Origin: Eledone cirrhosa | Lineage: Eukaryota | DNA: 64,000 bases | Assembly: GCA_964016885.1 (NCBI GenBank) | Contig: OZ024743.1 | Span: forward strand, 321,780,001 to 321,844,000 | Direction: 5' to 3' | Shown: one piece after another, positions 57,470 to 64,000 of the stretch | Position numbering within the stretch: the stretch's first letter is position 1 | How the letters are laid out: every line of letters starts with the position of its first letter | The notes under the pieces: generated by a model | The model's input: the letters and a program-made list of their open reading frames with translations, nothing else | What the model was told of the DNA's origin: nothing | The model's database searches: none | Translations under genes and position numbers: made by a program

Positions 57470-58300
57470 ATATTGTTATGCTTTGGGAGGCTCATGTTGC
57501 CAATAAGAAATACATGCACCAGTGCTTTCACTCCAATTTATTATAAATTAAATTTATAAATTTAAGAATTTCTAAATTTCCGGTTGGTTGGTTGGTTTCA
57601 CAACCGGACGGTTGTTCATATAGTGTCAAAGTTCTTTCGTCACACATTCTGTGACCTCTTCGGTGACTGGGGATTATTTTCTTTGTTTTTGTGCCTCTCC
57701 TTTGTTCTTTCCTACGCCATCTTGTTTGTGTGTGTGTTGTGTGCTTAGTTTGCGCATGTGTTACATCCAGGTGTTTGTGTGTGTTTATATTTGTTTATTC
57801 GTTTATTTGTTTATTTAATCTACACACAGAAAAGACGCAACGTTTAGACAAATCACAGAGGCAATAAACATAAATGAACTCCAACCAAAATTAAATAGAA
57901 AACTTGAATGGAATAGCAACATCACAACTTATAATTAAGGACAAAATGAAAACACACACATAGAACAAACAACCAACCAGTAACATGTCAATAAACAAAT
58001 AAATAAACAAATATAAACACACAGAGACACCCGAATGTAACACATGCGCAAACTAAGCACACAACACACACAAAAACAAGATGGCGTATGACAGAACAAA
58101 GGAGAGGCAAAAAAACAAAGAAAAGAATCCCCAGTCACTGAAGAGGTGTGACGAAAGAACTTTGACAATATATGAACAACCGTCCGGTTGTGGAACCAAC
58201 CAACCAACCGGAAATTTATAAATTTATAATAAATTGGAGTGAAAGCAACTGGTGCGTGTGTTTCTTATGTGCAACATGACCCTCCCAAAGCATAACAATA
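57470..58300. repeat. Fold-back element with ~310-345-bp inverted arms, each carrying a damaged hammerhead-like motif
   Basis: 57470-57815 is the reverse complement of 57990-58300. Motif GTCA-C(T/C)GAAGA-G-GTCAC..GTGAC-GAAA-GAACTT-TGAC at 57625-57667(-), with a deleted version at 58134-58166(+). Confidence 0.88.
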
Positions 58301-58315
58301 TATATATATATATAT

Positions 58316-58485
58316 AAGAAGAAATTAAAAGATGGTTAGAAAAGTTTCATGTATTTTATTATGCGCATTTCAAAAACAAATATCCAGGGACGATATTTGC
58401 GTTCTCATCAGATAAAATAGGGAGACATGATATGAAGCTTAAAAAAAGACATGGAACTTTTCTAACCATCTTTTAATTTCTTCTT
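58316..58485 (-). mobile_element. 170-bp non-coding element: hammerhead enclosed by ~37-bp inverted termini, within TA repeats
   Basis: 58316-58352 and 58449-58485 are inverted copies. The body is homologous to 60912-61015. Confidence 0.8.
58352..58419 (-). ncRNA. Type I hammerhead ribozyme HHR3
   Basis: Minus strand reads TATTTTAT-CTGATGA-GAACGCAAATATC gtccctg GATATTTGTTTTT-GAAA-TGCGCAT-A-ATAAAATA. Perfect 8-bp stem I and palindromic stem III ATGCGCAT. Confidence 0.87.
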
Positions 58486-58569
58486 ATATATACTCCAGTC
58501 CAATAAACTGTTGAGTGCTACTTATCCGATATTTGCATTGCTTTGTGCTACAATAAAACTCACCTCCTA

Positions 58570-58699
<130 letters not shown>

Positions 58700-58986
58700 G
58701 TGGTAGAACACTGGAAGGTAATATCCGTAGTAGTAGAGCACTCAGTCCATGGGACGAGTTAGGTAGAAGTGGTTACACAACAGTTAGTTCACCATACCGA
58801 GAACACTTGTTTCACCTTAGCGGACATGGTTATACGGAACAGGAAGGACAACCGTATGAACGGGCATGCCCAGAAATGATCACTTCACACAGACAATACT
58901 AAAATGCGTGCGAGAGGTGTAAGGGAGATAACTGCGAAAGTCCGAAAAATTTCTAGTTGATAAGAAAATTAGGATGTTGTTGTAAT

Positions 58987-60009
58987 TCAATCCGGAGCTT
59001 TGTAGTTACGTAAGAGGTGTTTCGAGACGTGTGGACAACATCTGAAGAATTCATTCTCGTGTTTAGGCAATCGCTATTGCGTAATCTCTTTAGAATATTT
59101 ATTCGTTCATCAATACATAGTCCACACGACGGATTTCTCCTTGCGTATGGGTTGGACTTAGTGATGGCTTTCCATTGAATGGAGTAGTCTATACTTGAGT
59201 TCTTGAGGGACGATACGTGGCTCGCGAGTTTCGTGGATGAACGTCTGTCCGGGTACCTAAAGGTCGACTGGTGGTTCAGGAAGCGTTCCTTTAATCGACC
59301 CTCCACCATACCCACATAGGATTTGACCTCCTGTGGTTGATTTGGTCGGTTGGAAGTGACCACAGCTTCATAAACTTCAGCGGGTGTGTTGCATTTCTGT
59401 TGAAGGGGACAAGCTTCGGGCTTACGGCAAGAGCACCCTGGCGGGGTGTTCCTCTTGGGGCTGTTGGTAATGTGGGCCTTCATGTTCTTAGCGCAGGAGT
59501 ATCCTAGTTTTACTTTGTGTCGGTTAAGGATGGAGTGGTATTTATGACCTATGGGAAAGTCTCTATCTAAGAGGGCTAGAAATATATTTTGCCTACATTG
59601 GTTTTAACGTTGAGTGAGAAGGGAGGAGAGAACCAGATAGTTTGTCTATTGTTACGCTTTATTTTCTTATTGCTGTTGATTATAGTGGGAGAGTAATGAT
59701 AGGTTATGAGAAGCCGCTGTTAGCCAACGCCGTGTTATAGTAGGGTGCCACCCTGTCAAAGATAGCCTTATTAGAGAAGAGGTTTGAGATTCTAGTACTG
59801 ATATTATTTACGAAGTTTCTAAAAACAGTGGGAGGGTGGTATGAGTCCTTGTGAATGTAATTGAGTTTTTCGTTTAGCTTATGGAAGGGTCTGTAGGCGT
59901 GTGTGCGAAGGTCTAAATTAATGTCTAAGAAATCTACGCTAGAGAGGTAGGTAGCTACTGTTATCCTAAGTCCTAACTCATTGAAGGTAGAAGCTAAGTC
60001 TTGTTTAAA
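58987..60009 (-). pseudogene. PLE2: second, divergent 5'-truncated Penelope-like (Naiad-like) RT thumb, Zn knuckle and GIY-YIG
   Basis: Joined frames read LGLRITV..VDFLDINLDL..YRPFHKLNEKLNYIHKDSYHPP..YYNTALANSGF..TIWFSPPFSLNVKTNVG..FPIGHKYHSILNRHKVKLGYSC..CSCRKPEACPLQQKC..VYEA..SYVGMVEGRLKERFLNH..CGLC..NEFFRCCPH. Frameshifts and a stop present; includes ORF 58953..59483. Confidence 0.92.
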
Positions 60010-60052
60010 CTAGCTTTTGACGGCAAAATTACAGGCACCAATAACACCAATA

Positions 60053-60300
60053 AAAAAATAAAATAAAATAAGATAGACTGGAATAAAAAATAAAAATAAG
60101 AATAGTCTATGTCAAAATTAAAAATTACTATTAAAAATTTATATATGTGGGGTATAGTATTTGATTATTATTTTATATCAACAAGTAAATAAAGGAAATT
60201 GCGAGAAAGGTTTATAAATGTAGAAAGACATATGACGTCATAGATTGTTTACAAAATCTCCGAAGGTTTGAACTAGTCTATCTTATTTTATTTTATTTTA
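60053..60300. repeat. Short AT-rich inverted repeat upstream of PLE2
   Basis: AAAATAAAATAAGATAGACTGG (~60053-60080) versus CTAGTCTATCTTATTTTATTTT (~60273-60300). Confidence 0.55.
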
Positions 60301-60463
60301 TTATTTTATTTTATTTTATTTTTAAAAAAACCTTTTTTATAATTATTATAATTATTTTTAATTTAATTTTTATTTTATTTTTATTTTATTAATACATTTT
60401 TTAAATACATTTGTACACTTCATAATCCAATTTTTAGCATTCAAACTCAATATGAAATAATTG

Positions 60464-60588
60464 TTTCTACTATTGGCACAAGGCCAGCAATTTGTCACAA
60501 GGCTAGTACATTACTGGTACTTTATTTTATCGACCCCGTAAGGATGAAAGGCAAAGTTAACCTTGGCGGGATTTGAACTCAGAATGTA
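60464..60588 (-). mobile_element. tRNA-derived SINE fragment (B box plus central domain resembling MetaSINE/cephalopod SINEs)
   Basis: Minus strand GAGTTCAAATCCC (pol III B box) followed by CTTTGCCTTTCATCCTTACGGGGTCGATAAAATAAAGTACCAG. Family assignment is from memory, not from a search. Confidence 0.7.
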
Positions 60589-60911
60589 CCCAGTTTCTTT
60601 ATTCTAGACATCTAATATTTGTATATTAGCACATTCACCTCATCAATTTATTTATTTATTTATTTAATTTTATTATAATATTTTTTTAGCCGTTATTCAC
60701 AGCTGTTATTTTCATTTTTGACAGCGTTCCCGATCAAAAGTATCTCTCTCTCTCTCACCTCCTTCTTTTTCTTTTTTCCTCTCTTCTATTTCTGTTTTCC
60801 TTTTTCCTTCTTCTTTTCTTTTCTTCATTTTTCCTTTTTTTTTCTCTTCTCATATGTTGACTGGATACGTTCTTGTTCACAAGTGTTTTTAGGTCTCATA
60901 TATTGTTATCT

Positions 60912-60978
60912 TATTTTATCTGATGAGAACACAATTTTTGTCCCAGGATGATGTTTTCGAAATGCGCATAATAAAGTA
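60912..60978 (+). ncRNA. Type I hammerhead ribozyme HHR4 (same family as HHR3)
   Basis: TATTTTAT-CTGATGA(60920-60926)-GAACACA..TGTTTTC-GAAA(60959-60962)-TGCGCAT-A-ATAAAGTA, followed by the same ~37-bp tail as HHR3 and then TA repeats. Confidence 0.85.
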
Positions 60979-61304
60979 TATGGAACTTTTTTAACCATCT
61001 TTTAATTTCTTCTTTATATTTATATATATATATAATATATATATATCTACATACATATATACATACATTTACGTATGTATATAGCTATGCATTTATACAT
61101 TTATATATATACATGCATTTATATTTAAGTGTGTTAGGATGTTGATATGATCTGTGTACTTCTTTAGTAAGGAGAAACATTTTGGCGCCAGATTTTATTA
61201 CCTAGGGAGATTAAATACCAGACCTCTGGCTGAAAGCTGACCGGGTTGTCAACCTCATCAAACACTAACGCCGGCCTGTTTGTATATATGTATGTGTGTA
61301 TGTA

Positions 61305-61497
61305 TGTGTGTGTATGTTCACCACCATTATTTCTTTTTGTTGTCATCTCTGTTGAAGTAGTCCTTATTTTCATTCTCTTTGATTTCTTCCTAACGCCCCT
61401 TACTGCATAACTCCGCCCTAGAGCTACGAAAAGCCCCCTGGGGGGGAGGGCATATGTCCCCCGTTGAGAACCTTTGGTCTAACACATGCTAGCATGG
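61305..61497 (-). repeat. Right arm of the inverted duplication bounding the 9.2-kb block
   Basis: Reverse complement of 52273-52376 joined to 52549-52633. Confidence 0.9.
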
Positions 61498-61514
61498 GAG
61501 GGGGGGGGGGCTAT

Positions 61515-64000
61515 TTTTTTTTTTTTTTTTAAGTTTTCGGTGTGGCTTATAATATATACTTTGATTAAATATATTAGTTATGACATATTTAATTATTTAT
61601 ATTTATGCATACACGAAGACGATATAGTTTACATATGTGTATAGCTACAAATAAAAGGAAATTATATAGAGAATTTTAAATATTTCGAAAGCACAAGCAA
61701 TCGTCAAGGACATTATATACTAATTCCTTTCTTTCTGTGTTCGTGGCAGCTGGCAGTTGAGTATCAACCATCCATAAATAATTTTTACCCGCTAAGAATC
61801 TCAATGGGGAAAATCTTCTTCAATTTCTGCCAGTATTATTACAAAACAAGGTTAAATTGTTTTTTTTTTTAAGAAAGTCAGTAGTGTCGGCCACATGAAC
61901 TTCATTTGTTTTCTAATTTGATAACTATGACTATGAAATAAAACGCGTGGTGATATGGAAACAAAAGGAAAACAAATCGATTACGCTAAACGTAAATAAA
62001 CATATATAAGTTGCAAATACGTGTATTATCCCAAAGTGAAAAACCAAGTTTTGCATCAAAGTGGTGATTTCAAAGTTTATTTATTTACACATGGTGGTGG
62101 CGGTGATACAGAAATAAACGAAGGTTGACGATTGAGAAGGTTGACGAATGACGTCAGATTCTTCTACTTTCACTTCTGACAGCCAATTCCGTTGTAGTGC
62201 CCCGTTTATAAATCTTTCACTGTTCTTATATAAAGATTCATTTGATTTGATGAAGAAGTTAAAAGCGAATATTTCCAAAATTAGATGGAATCATTATTGC
62301 AGAATTTCACATAAATGCAGTCAACTGACGTGATAATGAAATAGTTTCAAACAAACCGTCCCTAGCTTATGCTGAAATTCTTATTCTAGACACCAATTAT
62401 ATTGCAGTATTGCCACAACTGTCCAAAGTAATTTCTGCTAATGAAAGGTAACACTTTGAGAATGACCGTTACATTTGCATGAAATTTTTAGGTAACTTCT
62501 TATGACGTCACAATAACAATTTGTAAATTTAGATTGGATGAATTCGTTTAGGTTTTATCTCCGCATATAATATATTCTTTGAATCAATTGCACTCGTGCG
62601 TTCTCGCGTAATAGCTACATTGAGTATTGAAGGAGACAGGATAAATACTTAGACTGAGAGAAAGTTTAAAATATGTACTAGGAAACGTCCATTAGAGAAA
62701 AATAAAATGCGTGAAAAGAAATGAGAAAATCGAAACGAAATGATCATAACTAGAAGACAAAAGAAAAAAATATAAGATGAAATGTAAAATTGTAAATAAA
62801 GCCTGGACGAAGATACGGAGCGAACCGAACTAAAAATGTAAGCAGGAAGCCGACGGCATAGCAGCTCCTGCCGTTTCTACAGCTAGATCCGAACTCAGTT
62901 CGGATCTAGCTGTCAAAACGGCCGGAGCTCAGCCACTCTACTACCCTAACTCTCGAGTACTTTGGTTGTTATGGTCCACCTGGTTACTAAACCACGCTTT
63001 CTTTCCTGTTAATTTGGGAGTATGAATGTTTAGCGAACGTTTTAAACTATCGAGAAAATAATAACTAAAATTAAATTGATATATATTTTATGAGTGAGGC
63101 TAACAAACATAAGACTTGTTATAGACCCAGTGAAATTAAATTATTTTACAAATAGTGGGCAAATGTTGGTGATCAACACGAAATAATTAGAAACACTTTC
63201 AAAGATAGTACTGTCTAAAATCATATCTATAGTCATTTAAATTGTCAGGCGATTATTCAATAGTTCCTTGTGGGTTATTTGGTAGCATATTAGACTAGGA
63301 CACTAGTGGTCACGTGTTCGTCTACTGTCAACCTTAACACGCTTCAGTTTTGAAGTAGATGCTTTTTTTTTTTTTTTTTTTAATAATTTTTAGGCGTGGC
63401 TTATGATATATACTTTGATTAAATATATTAGTTATGACATTTATTTATTTATATTTATGCATACACGAAGATGATATAGTTTACATCATATGTGTATTAG
63501 ATTCTTTACATTCTACAATAAAAGTTGATATCTAAAGCATATGTCATTCACATATATGTTCTTACTATTTCTCAATCTACACATTGATTATGTATCTAAG
63601 ATTAGCTAAGCATCCATACATACACTAACGACAATTTTGCAGAGTAAGGTAAACTCTTTATACGATTGTAAATATAATGGAAAATTTCGATAAAACTAAA
63701 GATCTTACCTGAACACTACAGCAAATGATGGAGACATTTCATTAACAAATAGGGACAGTCTGATTAAAAGCAAATAGTGGGAATTGAAAATGCGATGCTA
63801 TATAATTGTTAGAAGTGAATGAGGGCACGCGCAATCACATCGAACCTTCTCTGTAGACGATAAAATATAGCTACAAATATCCACATACTTAGTCCCGTTT
63901 ATAAATCTTTCACTGCTCTTATATAAAGGCTCATTTGATTTGATGACGAAGTTAAAAGCGAATATTTCCAAAATTAGCAGAATTTCACATAAATGCAGTC
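61515..64000 (+). repeat. Degenerate tandem segmental duplication (period ~1.7-1.85 kb)
   Basis: 61515-61640 matches 63363-63497. 62200-62322 matches 63894-64000 with a 15-bp indel. ATAGCTACAAATA occurs at 61641 and 63867. Confidence 0.8.
62863..63010 (+). mobile_element. Second member of the hairpin-plus-tail element family
   Basis: 32-bp-arm hairpin at 62863-62929 (3 mismatches) related to 57252-57361, followed by a tail homologous to 57171-57245(-). Confidence 0.72.

Noticed and set aside
58790-58895. Expected hammerhead in the PLE2 3' region (minus strand ...GAAACAAGTGTT with upstream GGGCATG/CATGTCC stem)
   Set aside because: No recognisable CUGANGA; at best a decayed remnant.
61225-61265. 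Minus-strand TTGATGA-GGTTGAC/GTCAGCT stem as a hammerhead
   Set aside because: GAAA is missing after the stem and the first core base is altered.
60718-62333. Short ORFs 60718..60951, 61164..61373, 62081..62278 and 62148..62333
   Set aside because: Low-complexity or repeat-derived, with no recognisable domain.
63278-63330. tRNA-like or SINE head (TGGTAGC...GTGTTCG)
   Set aside because: Boxes are degenerate and there is no cloverleaf; too weak to call.

Overview
This is eukaryotic, repeat-only DNA with no intact host gene. Repeat content suggests an invertebrate, possibly a cephalopod such as Octopus (inference from a SINE fragment). Bases 1 to ~51,830 are a 29-bp satellite (consensus TTGAAGTGGAGCCACACAGCAACATTGTG) with nested higher-order repeats and two variant domains. 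All long Cys-rich minus-strand ORFs there are artefacts of a stop-free 29-mer. A diverged A/B-dimer monomer layer ends the array at ~52,140. Next to it is a 9.2-kb block (52,273-61,497) bounded by an inverted duplication. It holds about 8 modules, mostly separated by (TA)n tracts. Two are decayed, convergent Penelope-like retroelements (RT thumb, CxCx5Cx5C knuckle, GIY-YIG; Naiad-like). The others are short non-coding modules, several of them fold-backs. Four type I hammerhead ribozymes with intact cores, plus degenerate ones, lie near module 3' ends. The most interesting signal is this nest of ribozyme-bearing, TA-associated fold-back elements. The last 2.5 kb contains a degenerate tandem duplication and a second copy of one hairpin family. 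All alignments and folds were done by eye.
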